From Camelus ferus (lineage: Eukaryota): a stretch of 64,000 bases of DNA. The DNA is taken from assembly GCF_009834535.1 (NCBI RefSeq), contig NC_045697.1, positions 14,262,001-14,326,000 on the forward strand, read 5' to 3'. Within the stretch, counting starts at the first letter, position 1. The number at the start of each line of letters is the position of its first letter. Below the pieces are notes generated by a model. It saw only the letters and a program-made list of their open reading frames with translations, searched no databases and was not told where the DNA came from. A program made the translations under genes and the position numbers. Shown here piece after piece: positions 24,276 through 52,152 of this stretch.

Positions 24276-26948
24276 CTGGCGGCGCCGCCCGATCCGGGGA
24301 CCCTGTGAAGTCTCACGTTCCGAGTTCCCCGGAGGCCGGTAGCGTGACTGGTGGCTGTTGGCCGAGAGCGTACCGGGCAAAATCCCCACGTGGGGTGGCA
24401 GCTGGTGCGCAGATCCCGGCGGGAGAGAAGCGGTAGGAACGGGTGTCTGGAGCCGTGAGCCGCGCGCAGGTGCGGGGAGCCGCGGTGCCCCCCGTACTCT
24501 CGGCGCAGGCGGCTTCCTTGCTGGCCTGTTGCTAGGGCCGGCGGACCCCGTTGCTAAGGAGCCTGGAGATGCTGAACTTCAAGAGCGCTTCCTTCCTGGT
24601 CGGGCTTTGGCCAAGAGTTGCTTTTGTCGGCCTTAATTGAAACTGGCCGCCTTTACCCCACTCTCCCCAACCATCTCCATTTTTTCCTCCCTCCACTACC
24701 TCCTCATTTTCTAACTTTGACGACAACTTGGCCCTGAATGGTCTTAGGTATTTGGAAATGTATGGTGTTGGAGGGGGAGGGCTAGGAAAATGGAAGGCAG
24801 ATAGAAGACCCTTAATACTGGCTCTTTGGAATTACTTTTTGGTGAAAAGGGATTGGGTAGGTGGATATTGGGCTGTTTCTCCGTTCTTTGGAATTCGAAG
24901 GAGCTTTAGAGATGGAACACAGCTTCTTTAGAGGGGGTCCTATTACACTTTTTGGAACTTTCCAAACACCAGATTAGAGAGTAGGGAAAAAAAATGTGGA
25001 CCCTGCCTCTGAGCATTTAGCAAGTAGTTTAGCAAGTAGTTCAGTGCAGTGGTCTCAAAGCCAGATGCGGGAAGAAAATGCAAGTGGGAAAAAGAGGTTA
25101 TATGAGCTGTCCAAAGCAATGAAAGAGAAGTGTGCTTTCCTAGCATTGACGCAGATGCCTATAACCCCTTGTAGATGACCCGCAGCAATGGGGCCCTGCT
25201 TGGTTGGTTTGCTCTCTGGTGTTGTGACATAGTTTAGGTGTTGGGGTTAAGTAGTTTTATGGCTTCTCGTGTCTTTTTAGAATCCATATTGTTTTATAAA
25301 AGAATGAGGGGTGACCTTCATAGTATGTATAATACAGAATAATTCTTACTTTTTCACTTCCTTCCACCATTATCCCTTTACACCACCCTCCACGTGTTAT
25401 TTAATGAAAAAGCACTCAAAAGAGTTGAGTGTAAAATGAATTAAGCTTTTTTCCTTTACAAACAACTCATGCTCCAGGTTTGCTGTCAGTGTCATGTTCC
25501 CAGATGTATGTTATTTTTCAAAGTTGAGCACACTTAAGTTGTCTTTAAGGTAAAGGGTGGTACTTTTAACAATAAAAAACTAACTGATTTGGAAAGAATC
25601 TCTTTAACATAGGGTGTTTTGAAAATGGACATAGAATTGTTTGCATCCTTGTGTGTGTATGTTTTGATACTGTTGCTGAAAATTACATAATTATATTACA
25701 CATAAAAACTATCCTGTAGACTTCCTTTGGAAGCTCAATTTTCTAACAGGTTTTTCAAAGGAAGAGTTTCAGTGGCTTCTTGAACTTATTCAAAAATATA
25801 ACACAGCACTTTCCCATTAGTACCTTACAAGAACAGCTATTTGACATAAAGGAAGATAGAAACTGAGTTGTTCCAACAACAACTTCTGCAGAATTGGTAG
25901 GTAGTGTTGAAAAATGTGCATCAAGGTTTGGTGTGGTGAACTGTCCTCTTTCTATGTTTGTGTGTAGGCATCTTTGTGATGCATCTTGACAGCTATGACA
26001 ATTGACAACCACAAGAAGCTGAACTTAAATCAGATCTTCAAATTGACAGCACAACTGTTAAAATTTTCGAAAAGTAGGAAACATTAAGTTACATTAGTTA
26101 CACTATTGTTAGTAATAGTAATACTAAAAAAAACCACTTTGTACGATTATAAAGAATATGCTAATAGCTAAAACTGTGTGCCAAGCGCTTCTCTAAATGT
26201 TTTACATATATTAACTTACTAGTTTTCATCAGCTTTTAGAGTAGATTGTTACTCTATCCCCAGACTTGAGGAAACTCAAATTTCCTTGACATAGGTTTTT
26301 TGTTTTTTTTTTTTTTTTTAAACAGAAACTTAGATCATACTGTTCCCCATCAGGAGCTTCTCAAAACAGAAACTAAGTACAATAGTAAGTACTTGTTGAA
26401 TAATCACTGAAATGCAATATTAGGTCGACATAATTAAAGCCTGCCTTAGCTTCTCTGAGAATATTATCTGACAAATTTAGTGAGCTATTAATTACCATAT
26501 TTCTAGACAATGCCTTTGGGATGAATGTGATGTGTGATACTGAGGAGTTAATTCCTCTGCTGGAAGGAAGATGAGGAAATTAGGTCAACGTATTAAATCA
26601 AGAAAATTGAAATTTAAAATTATTCTGTGTACAGAAATAATCTTACATTTAGTGTATCTTTACAAGGTACTTTGATCTGGTCACAGCCTATTTGAAATAT
26701 TTTGGGGCTGAGTGTTACTGCATGGAACTTTGTCCTCCTTGTGAAGATTTCTAATTTGTCAAGTAAATTAAAATCATCTCATGTGAGGAATCATTTAAGA
26801 AAGCATCAGTGTTTATCCTGAAGAAGAGAAAGCCGAGCAGTTGAGAGTCATGTCCTCAAATACTTGAAAAGCTGTCATTTGGAAGTGGAAGAGGACTTGG
26901 ACTTTACCTGTGTTTCCTTAAGAGAAGATCTTGCAGTGTAGTTAATGG

Positions 26949-26954
<6 letters not shown>

Positions 26955-26978
<24 letters not shown>
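26955..26978. repeat. (TG)n microsatellite
   Basis: Direct reading. Confidence 0.9.
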
Positions 26979-26979
<1 letters not shown>

Positions 26980-27319
26980 ATAGAATGACTATATTAAAGA
27001 CTTAAAGTGGGAAGTGCTCTAGTGGAAGAATAATTGGAGTGTCAGATAAGTGGGGGAACGGAGTAATCAAGTAGAAAAAGAAGGAAGCAGTACAGAAATC
27101 AGAGTGTACACTTTAGAAACAAGATCAGAAAAGGCTGCGTGGAACTTGGGATGGGAGCTAGACCTAGAAATGCCAGCAGGCATTTGAGTGTGTGAGTTGG
27201 GGTATGTGTGGTGGAAGATTCCTTGAAATAATTTGATTAGGCTGGAAATCACCATGAACCAGAGCCCTCCCGTTAGCAGAAAAGAGGAAATTGTGAAAGA
27301 GGAAGAAGTGAACCACCAT

Positions 27320-27520
27320 TTACTGGGTGAGCAACTTAATATATTATCTTATTTACTTTTCAGTAACAGCTTTGATAGGCTTGTGTTATCTCCCCCTTTT
27401 TAATAGGTCAAGGAATCGAGGCTTAGGGAGATTTAAATAATCTGCCTAAACTCATAAAGCTGTAATTGATAGAGATGAGATGTAGACCCAGATCTGAGCC
27501 TGAAGCTCCTTCTGCCTCAT
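27320..27520 (-). mobile_element. MIR SINE
   Basis: aaggaatcgaggcttagggagatttaaataatctgcctaaactcata...gacccagatctg. Confidence 0.65.
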
Positions 27521-28122
27521 CACACACTGATCACATCTGTAGCATTGAGTATAGAAAGTGGAGGAAAAGGAGACATCAGTGTTCCCAAATTTTTCAGCCT
27601 AAGGGACCAGAAAACTGGTGGTACCTTGGAATGACAAGGGGTTCATAACCTCAGTGTGGTAACCTCAGTTTTGGTTATGTTCAGTTTAAGAAACTTACGG
27701 TGCATTTAGTGGAGAGTTCATTATGTCACTGGAAAAGTAGGGCTTGATGTTAGCATTTAGAGCTTTAGGAATATGGAGGCCACAGAAGACAGAGACAGTA
27801 GGGGATGTGCCAACCACTTTTTCCAGAAATCAGTCTGTATTTTCTGAATAGAGCCAGAGGATTACAGTGAGTTTCTAAATGTGTATTTTGACAATTTGGA
27901 TGGGAAAGTGCATATTTTTATACATCTCACTTTCTTACAGATGGTTTTTAATTTCTGATATTTTTATTATTATTGGAGTTGATGCAATTTCATATTTTCT
28001 TATTGGCTTTTCAGATATTTTGCTCCATACCGTACCTTTTTAGTGGTTCTTTTACTGTATTTCCTACTCTGTCCTGTTTGGTCTTTATATTGTCAGTGAA
28101 TCCTCCTCCCCAAAAATGGTGA

Positions 28123-43023
<14,901 letters not shown>

Positions 43024-43734
43024 AGAAGGAAGCCAACAAAAATCTTCTTACTCCCGGGTGGCAGGTGTTGAGTGCTGACTGTGGGTATCTCTGGAACCTT
43101 TTCAGGGTCACTTCAGTTTATTCTTTTGTAAATCACACACGCCATTCATTATTTACTGGCTTCAGATGAGTATACACAGTTCCACTGAATCACAGTACAA
43201 GTTATTCATCAAAAAAAAAAAGAATGGTTAATGATGGAAAACTATTAAAAAAAAATTCTATAATAGTACTATCTTGTGGGGTTTATTTTTTCATATTTTT
43301 ATGGTTTGCGTGAACAGCCATTATTGGGGTTTATGGTGAATGTGTTTGTATGGACTTTCTAGTGCCATTTCTGTACAAATTATTTATAATCAGTTTGTAG
43401 CTGTGCACTTATTTTTAGACACTTTTCCATTTCCTGGGTTTTAAATTTATCAAGTCTATGGAAATTTAAAATAGTGGGCAAACGTTTGTGAATTCACTGT
43501 GAATTATTTTGTAAATACGTATTTTACAATGTAGAATGCTTGGGGAATTTTCTTTCCAAAGTATTCTAGTTTAAGAAAAAAATTTTTCATGTGTAAATTT
43601 TCTTATAAATATGTTGTTTATTACAACTTATTAAAACTACCTAAAGTTTAGGTGTTAATTGTATTTACATACATGTTATTTTTGTATTTCATATTCTGAA
43701 AATACTGGTATTCAGTACATGAAGATACTCAGAA

Positions 43735-43740
43735 ATTAAA
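43735..43740 (+). terminator. Candidate proximal PACRGL poly(A) signal
   Basis: ATTAAA ~710 nt after the stop, followed by a GT/T-rich downstream element (gtgattttgttgtgcttgctt, ~43764-43794). Confidence 0.5.
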
Positions 43741-44377
43741 ACCTTAAAACTCGTATGTATTCAGTGATTTTGTTGTGCTTGCTTACTTATGTTTAACAGT
43801 GGATTCAATTTTAAAAGCTTTTCACACATAACTTACAGGCAGAGTTCTGAGTGTTGATGTAGTAGCAGGCGATTCTGGATCATTCCACAGAGGAGCAGAG
43901 GGAGAGAGATGGAAGACAAGGAGGAGGCCTTCCAACTCTGGGCAGGAAGAGAGCCCCTGGGGACCTGAGCAGCCACACCACGTCCCTGGACGGAGGCTGA
44001 CGGGATGGAAATTTGAGCAGCAGTGTTCCGTCCTGCGGCATTGGAGAGCAGCCTTTCTCTGCTCATCCCTCAGACACCTGGAGTCACCTCTTTGTAAGTC
44101 TTCTTTCAGGTAATTTAAAATACAAGGAATTTCTCACAGGTCCTCGTTCTCCCCCAGAGCAGGTGTCCTTCCGGGTGGCCTGTCTGCTCCACCCTCTCCT
44201 CGGGTCTCTGCTCTCTGGTCACATCCTCTCTCACATCGTATCAGCCTGCCTGCCCTCCGCCTTGCTCTCACTCCCTTTCGTTGCACTTAGCGCCACCCAG
44301 ACAGAGATCTCCACAGTTCAGAAAAGCCATTAAGAAAAAGGTAATATTTTCAATCTAGTAATTACAAAATGTGTTGA

Positions 44378-44383
44378 AATAAA
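44378..44383 (+). terminator. Candidate distal PACRGL poly(A) signal
   Basis: AATAAA followed by a T-rich tract at ~44416-44442. Confidence 0.45.
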
Positions 44384-44399
44384 GACCTGTAGCACAGAC

Positions 44400-45848
44400 A
44401 GTAGAGTTATAAACATTTTATTTGCTTTTATTTTTTCTTTTTGAAATACAAAATGTGCACATTGAGTTTACACAAACACGCGATGGCAGATCTCAGTGTA
44501 CATGTATTGTACTACTCTGAACTTCTACACTGGTGCTAGCAGGGCAGCTGTCAACATCCTCTCTCTACACCAGAATAGGTACCTGATTTATTGTTGTAAA
44601 GACAGTTGCAGGTCTCCTCCTACTCTAGCCTCTTGGTCTTTGATATTTCTGCAAAACAGGAGGGGGTGTGTATCATTAGTAACGTTGTGGCAACTTCACA
44701 ATGTTGGCCTAAGATCATTAAAAATAATTGGAATGACTGGAGTTTTATGATGAGCTAAATCATAATACAGCCCAGGGGAGCTGCTTAGCACTTACATTCA
44801 TCTTCTACTAGATTTCAGTATTATAGTTCTCAAGATAATGGAATCACTGGTGCTTTCAGAGTGAATTCTGCTTGCTGTTTGTTCCTAGTAGGCGTTGGGG
44901 CAGCCAGGGTTTCTTTGTCCCTGATGGCATGTAATCTAACAGTGCCGGGAGGGGGTTGGGAAGGAGGACGCACCAGGCCTTTACTGCGGTGAAGGGTTAC
45001 TTGTTGCTAAGCGTCACTGTGTACAGAGGGCAGATCTCCTGGCCCTTTGCGTGAGCCTGTGGACATCCTCGCTTTGTCTCAAACCCTCTTGGACCTCCAC
45101 TTAATGACACAATAGGAAATAGTCAACCTGTCGGATTGAAGAAATCCAAAATTACAGACATCATGTAGGCCTTGGCTATAATATGCATTATGAAAAATTT
45201 GGAAATGCTTATTAAATAAGCTTTATTAGGCATATGCGGACATCTGGTGATAAACTGATTTGGTTCATGTTATAAAAAATGCCAGGTAAATGAATGTCTT
45301 TAACAGAAGGCAGCAAATCCATAGAAACTGGGACTTGGGTTTGTTTGTTTTTCTCAGTTGTCGTAATCTTGTCTTGTTTCCTTAAAGTATGAATGGAATT
45401 ACGGCATACAAACATGGAAATTAATTTCTGGAAATTAAATGCAGATGATGCCAGTATTTTAGAAAACAATTAAAAATCCTGGGGATGAATACATACAAAT
45501 GAGTAGCAAAAACCACTGATGTGTTAAAATCACTGATAATGTGAAAGCCTCAATAATCCCATGGCTACAGAATCAGTAAACCCATATGCCAGGTTCTGCT
45601 CCCTTTGAATATTCACAGGGTATGAAATGACTTAGAACATCCCGTGAACTCAGCGGCATCATGAAAAGGATGCAGATTTATAAATGGAAAACTCAAATCT
45701 CTTGAGGGTTGCTTTATATTAAAACAAAGCTAGTTTGCATAATATGCCTCAGTGTAAAGCTGAGCAATCTATGCTAAGAGTGGTAGCTCCAACTTCGTGT
45801 GTAGAATAGTTCACGTTTGTCTGTTGGATCAAGGACACGTTCAACAAG
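44400..45848 (-). other. KCNIP4: KCNIP4 3' UTR (approximate 3' end)
   Basis: Repeat-poor stretch between the TAA at 45849 and the paired minus-strand AATAAA. Confidence 0.7.
44417..44432 (-). terminator. KCNIP4 poly(A) signals (two AATAAA on - strand, 44417-44422 and 44427-44432)
   Basis: TTTATT twice on the + strand, ~1.43 kb downstream of the KCNIP4 stop codon. Confidence 0.7.
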
Positions 45849-45896
45849 TTAAATCACATTTTCAAAGAGCTGCATGGAGCGCATGATGTTTTCATC
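45849..45896 (-). CDS. KCNIP4: KCNIP4 last coding exon
   Basis: [18 protein letters not shown]; acceptor ttacag. Confidence 0.96.
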   Translation of the reverse strand, partial: DENIMRSMQLFENVI

Positions 45897-48800
45897 CTGT
45901 AAGGGGAAAAGGGCGGGATTCAATTCAGCATTTCTGCAAAGGAGAGAGCCCTCCGAGTCCTGCCTCCCCCGCCGAAACCACCTGTGCACAAAGCTGCAGC
46001 ACGAGGTGCCTGTGAACATCAAGACCTTCTGTGGAGGTAGATAACTGTGGAGAGCCCATTTTATGTTCTGTGGAGTCTACTGGGCTTTAAGCACTGTTTA
46101 AATCTTACTTGGTGTGAAGAGGGGCTATTTCTCAAGTTAGAATGCAAGGATGGGAACTGAGGGGCACAGAGGCGGTGAGCGACGCAGACCGCACTTTGGG
46201 CAATCACGGGGAGCTGGTACACAGGAGAGGAAACAGGGTTTGTGTGTGAGCGTGGAGCCAACATCATGAAGATTGGAGGTTGGGATTTAGGAGACGTGTT
46301 AGCAGACATCACATCTCTCTGGGTCCGTTAGGGATAACTCTGCAGCCTTTGGGAACCTTTAAAAATGAATAGTCTGTCCCTCACCGCCTCCTCCCTGGTA
46401 CACAGGCTTCCGCTGGCACCCCAGAGCTCCCCTGTGCCCCCTCCCATCTGTAGTGCATGGCGCATGGTGCCCCCGGGGCTCCAGGACAGGTCAGGCCCCA
46501 CCTGTGTCCACCCCCATCTCCGCTGTGAATAAAGTCAGGGAAACGAGAAGGAAAAAAAAAAGAATGATCTCTCAACACCTAGAGAAAGGATCACTTGACA
46601 GAAACAACTGCCCAGTGGCTGTGCTCAGTTTAGCATGCTCCTGGGAAACTTAAGGGGACAGACTCTGGGCACTATCGGGGCACGTGGAGGTTGTGACTGT
46701 TTATGGTAATGGAAGAGGGTGGCAGAACTGATGGTGGCTTCCACTGCTAGAAGCCAAGTAACAACAACATTAAGCACTTGATGTCACCAAGTTAATTCGA
46801 AGACTGTCACACTGAAACGTGAGTTGAGAAATCAGCAGGCATCAGGAAAGGAAAAATACATCAATGTGAAAATGATGAGAAAAGCTAAACACCGGCAAGC
46901 TTCTTAGTCCCCGTAATGACTTTGAAAATGCTTAATTGTGGTTCCACCCACACATCAAGTCCACCACTTCTAGGTGTGCGAGTACTGGCCTCCCACCGGA
47001 GGGTGGAGAACTACGTGGATTTTTCCCCGGGAGAATTTTCTGCTTTTTAATTTTGTGACTGAAGACCGTTACTGGTTCAGCCAAAAAATACATCCTGTCC
47101 ACAAACGTTGAAGTAATGATGTTTCTCTTAAAAGTCGGGTATGTGTGGCCAGTGATGCACACTTGGCTGTACTGAAATTCTCAATCTCTGGAGGATATAA
47201 CAGACACGATACATGTTATGTGCTAGTTTTGAGGACAGAACAATACGAATCGCTCATGTTTTATCCTCAGTGATGAATACTCTCTAAAAGATCTGGGGAG
47301 CTAAAACACACGTGCAACCTTCATTTCTCCAGGGCTTCCCTCCTTGCCTGCCTTCGTCTGGGGGGGCACCCTGTAAATGTGAATTAATTGAATGAACTGT
47401 TTCCAGAGTGGTGATCTTAGGCAGGTGATCTCTGCCCTTCGCTCAGTTCATGGTGGCTGGCTGGCAGGACTCAAGTTGAGTCGTTAAGAAAGCAAAGGGA
47501 TGGCTCCTTTATTGTCATTACTTACTTTTTGGCAGCTTTCGATGAATTCATCTATGGTGACCACTCCATCTTTATTCTTGTCCATTTTCTGTTCAGGAAG
47601 AAAAGAACAAAAACCTTTCCTCAGACTTACCCCTTGATACCCTCGCACCTGACCTGAGCGAGCTGAAGCTGAGGGAAAGAAAGCCCGGCTGCTTGTTTTA
47701 TGGGGAGGACCTGCTTCAGAGCACAAAAAAAAAAAAAAAAAACTGGTAGTTTCTCAGTGACAAGAACTGTGGCTGACTGATTAGAAGCTGTTGCCTTTTC
47801 AACAGAATAGGATGCAGGTTGAGGGTCACTCAGCCTTGGGTACAATCCTGCCCTCCAGCTACAACAGAGTTCAGGCAACTTACTGAAACTTTCAGAGCCT
47901 TGGTTTTCTCATCTGTAAGATGGGGCTAATGAGGATTTATAAATAACCTCATAGGGTCTTGTGAGAAATGAATGAAAACACCAAAAAACACGTGAGACAC
48001 AGAATTGCTTGGTGGTGTATCCAGGACATGAGTAACATTCAGTAAGTGGAGTTATCAATATTATGATAAATTCAAACCCAAAATTGCTAAATTAGTATGA
48101 TAGTGTATGTTCTATAGTTTTGCCTCTTTTAGTAAAAATTATTTTCCTTTCCATTCTTTTGAATTCTCATGATGCTCTGAAACATCGGGAAATTCGATCT
48201 CAATTTCACTCCCTCTCTGATGTCTGTTGCGTTTCTACCTGGAAAAATGTTTCCACATGTTGTCTGGGAGCATCTTCTTTGAGGACAGGATAGGTGCATT
48301 TACCCATCATATCATAGATTGCTTTCATTATGTCAAGCATTTCCTGAAAAGCAAAAGGCACTCACGTGAGGCACATGCAACGTGTGAAGAAACCACTCTG
48401 AGATACTTTGACAGATTATTCTGACTTAATTTCAAATTTTTAATTTTTTCTTTGATTCTTCATTAAATGCCTTTTGGTCTTCCCAGAGGAAAAGCCAATG
48501 GCCTTATACCTTAAAAGCAGCAGAATCAGAATGTAAGAATCACTTCTAATTTTGGTTTCAGAATTAAATAAATTCCCACATATTAACATGATCAGGAAAG
48601 AAACACTCTGGTTTAATATTTGGACTTCCACAGACTTCACATAGGCTAGCTTTGGTTTATTGAGTTATTACATACTTTATAAGTTGATCAATTTCCATGT
48701 ATTGAGAATAAATGCCACATCATAAGACTTATGCTAAAACTAAGTCTCAAAGCTCATTAGGATTTTCATTGTTTTTTTTTCCTACCATGGCTTCTTTAAT

Positions 48801-50357
48801 GTCACACATGTAGATTAGTCAAAATATTATGACCCTGGAAACACTCTGAAATTTTAATTTTTTTATTAAAACAAAATCTAATTTTGATTTGTAATTTTCA
48901 ATCTTAGTGAAAATACTGCCTAGTTACTTAGACATTCAGATATATTGTTTACACTTGTTTTCTTCATATTGAAGTTCCTACATAAGAGTCTGGATTAAGA
49001 TGGTAATATGGATGTAATATACATTACTTCTGAGAGTATTCAGTTTCATTTTAAATGATCAAGCTGTTTGTAGTTTGTAAATTATAGGTGGAATCTTTTA
49101 AGACGTTTTGAGTAAGAATAGAAGTATAGAAGTTTTTTTGACATAGAATTCATGAACTGAACTGGGTAAAAATGATTAGAACAGCAAGTTTATGTTAAAC
49201 ACAGAAAGGGATAGAAAACAATGAAAGGACCAAGAGGCACCTAATATTCTAGAGGCACCTGAGTACTAAGTGTCTATTATTTACCAAATATATAAGAGGC
49301 ACTGACTACCCAGGATATGCTTAGGATACATGAAGACTTAATACCCATCAAGTCTTAACTTGGCCACCCACTGGTGAGACCCATTCTGGCCCCATGTGTC
49401 CTCTGATTAAGAAACACAGATAAAACCCATGGCCACTGATCAGGTTAATTGTCACAGTAAAGCTGCAGTCAGGTACACTTGTCCCCGTGTCTTCAATAGA
49501 GCAAGTTTATGTCATTGGCCGAAGATACGTTTTATTTGAGGAGCCTCTTGCCCAAAACTCAACTCTGGAGAAAGTGAGAAAGCAGAGAGAAAGAGAGGAC
49601 ACATGGACACTGAACCACATCTGGGTTCAGGTAGTGTGGTCCTGCAGCCCTACCTTCACTCCGTCCTAAAGTGGTTATCTTACCTCGTCCCTCCCCACCC
49701 TGCTTATTGGTGTGTTTTAAATTAGTTTAATTAACCATTTGATATGAACATCTGAATTTGGTCTGTGAGCTTTCTTTCTTAGACAGCTTGTCTGGAAGTG
49801 CATTTGGGGCCCCACCATTGCATCAGGCCAGTTCCCACACAACACAAGTCACGACTTAATCCACACGATTTAAAAATTGTGTCTGTTTCCATATGGACCA
49901 TGTTACATGGGAGAAAAAAAGGGTTACAGGCCAAATATTCTACATCCAAACACGGTTTGGATATATTTTCTTCCTATCTGATTCTGAGTGCTTTATTCCA
50001 TGTACAGTGTTTGTTAAAATGCTATTAGGAAATCCGGATGTAATCCTTCCATGTTTTATATTTATTTTGCAGATTAGCCATAAACTATTTCTACCCATTC
50101 CAAAATTTTCATCAGACTTTCTCCACCACCACACAAAATACTTCAGACTTCCCCAGTGATTTTTAAACATAGTTGCAATTGTTTGACACTTTGAAGTTAA
50201 AAACTGGGAATGGTCTGGAGGATAGCTGTGTTGGTGAGGCATTTCTTACTTCTTTAGTGATGTAGCCGTCTTTATTTATGTCATACAAATTAAATGCCCA
50301 GTTGAGTTTTTCTTGTACTGTCCCCCGAAGCAAAATAGAAAGACCCTTGATGAAATC
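45849..50357 (-). CDS. KCNIP4: Kv channel-interacting protein 4, 3'-partial CDS: complement(join(45849..45896,47526..47588,48239..48343,50250..50357)); C-terminal 107 aa including EF-hands 3 and 4
   Basis: [107 protein letters not shown]; phase-0 GT-AG introns; no further upstream exon recognised in the window. Confidence 0.97.
47526..47588 (-). CDS. KCNIP4: KCNIP4 exon (EF-hand 4 loop [12 protein letters not shown])
   Basis: 63 nt, aacag acceptor, GTAAGT donor; also visible inside ORF 47484..47726. Confidence 0.97.
47810..48060 (+). mobile_element. MIR SINE
   Basis: ttttctcatctgtaagatggggctaat...cctcatagggtcttgtgaga. Confidence 0.75.
48239..48343 (-). CDS. KCNIP4: KCNIP4 exon
   Basis: 105 nt [16 protein letters not shown]...HVETFFQ; ttttcag acceptor, GTAGAA donor. 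Confidence 0.96.
50250..50357 (-). CDS. KCNIP4: KCNIP4 exon (EF-hand 3 loop [12 protein letters not shown])
   Basis: 108 nt; tttttag acceptor, GTAAGA donor. Confidence 0.97.
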
Positions 50358-50469
50358 CTAAAAAGAAATAAAAATACAATTTGATATGGCATTTCTAAAA
50401 AGAAGTAAAACACACACTCTAATGAAATTCTCTCTCAGATGATGGAAGCAAAGGTTATAACCTTCTGGA

Positions 50470-51755
50470 CATCATAAATTTCCTAGAAGAAAACATAGGC
50501 AAGACATTTGCTGACATAAATCATAGCAATGTTTTCCTAGGCAATGTCTACCAAGGCAATAGAAATAAAAACAAAAATAAACAAATGGGGACTGATTAAA
50601 CATGTTTTTTTTGCACAGCAAAGGAAACTATAAACAAAATGGGAAGACAACCTGTGGACTGGGAGAAAATATTTGCAAACAGTGTGACTGACAAAAGCCT
50701 AATTGCAAGGATATACAAACAGCTCACACAACTCAATCACCAAAAAATCCCTGAGCAACTCAGTCAAAAGATGGGCAGAAGACCTAAACAGACAATTCTC
50801 CAGTGAAGACATACAAATGGCCAATAGGCACATGAAAAGATGCTCAATATTGCTAATTATCAGAAATGCAAATCAAAACTACAACGAAGTATCACCTCAC
50901 ACCAGTCAGAATGTCCATCAAAAATTCCACAAATGATAAAGCTGGAGAGGGTGTGGAGGAAAGGGAACCCTCCTATGTTGGTGGTGGGAATGTAATTTGG
51001 TGCAACCACTATGAAATCTCCAGTATGGAGATTCCTTAAAAAACTAAAAATAGAGTTACCATATGATCCAGCAACCCCACTCCTGGGCATATATCTGGAG
51101 GGAACGCTAATTTGAAAAGATACATGCACCCCATTGTTCATAGCAGCACTAGTTACAATAGCCAAAACATGGAAACAGCATAAATGCCCATCGACAGATA
51201 ACTGGATAAAGAAGTTGTGCTATATATACAATGGAATACTACTTCGCCATAAAAAAGAATAATCCCATTTGCAGCAACATGGATGGACCTAGAGATTATC
51301 ATACTAAGTGAAGTCAGACAAAGACAAATACAACTTATCACTTATATGTGGAATATAAAAAAATGACACAAATGAACTTTTTTACAAAACAGAAACAGAC
51401 TCACAGACATGGAAAACAAACTTATGGTTACCAAAGGGGAAAGGGCAGTGGGTCAGGATAAACTAGGAGTTGAGATTAGCAAATACAAACTATTATATGA
51501 TAGATAAGTAACAAGGTCCTACTGTATAGCACAGGAAATTATATTCAATGGTTTTTAATAACATACAGTGAAAAAGAATATAAAAATTATATATAGAGAG
51601 AGTTATATATATAACTCTAAGACAATGGAAAAGTCAGTTTATGATCCTTCTACACCCACACTGGAATTTATCATTTGTGGACTTTTTAATGATGCTTATT
51701 CTTACTGGTGTGAGGTGATGCCTCATTGTAGCTAAGAAAAAAATGTATATGTATT

Positions 51756-51806
<51 letters not shown>

Positions 51807-51881
51807 GAATCACTATGCTGTACACCAGAAACTAACACAACATTGTAAATGAACTATACTTCAATTGAAAAAAAAAAAAAA
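50470..51881 (+). mobile_element. 5'-truncated LINE-1 (end of ORF2, 3' UTR, poly(A)), antisense in a KCNIP4 intron
   Basis: ORF fragment [27 protein letters not shown]; gcagcaacatggatggacctagagattatcatactaagtgaagt; poly(A) at 51868-51881. Confidence 0.95.
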
Positions 51882-52152
51882 GACGTAATGACACTCTTTG
51901 GAGTTGTGCAATACTAAACTTGCAAACTATAAGCTTTGGCTTTTTAGGAAGGCATGAATAAAATAATCCCTGCAGAACATGGGAAACTAGGCATATCAGA
52001 GAAAGATTGATAGGCAATTCTGAAAGGCCAGATGAGGCTGATGGTTATTGATATAAACCTGACTTGTTGCTTCAAACCACAAAGTCATAGTTACATGCCC
52101 TTAGCTGAAAAGGGGGACTGGATACAAGATCTTTGAAGGCACGCTTACAGCC

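Larger units (their letters stand above)
24180..24570 (+). promoter_or_regulatory. PACRGL: CpG island / PACRGL promoter and probable non-coding first exon (candidate donor CAG|GTGCGG at 24469/24470)
   Basis: Most CpG-dense stretch in the window, ~4 kb upstream of the first coding exon; contains X-box, ATTGG and CRE motifs. Confidence 0.8.

Noticed and set aside
50703..51341. ORFs of 62-101 aa on both strands
   Set aside because: Fragments and antisense read-outs of a dead L1 ORF2
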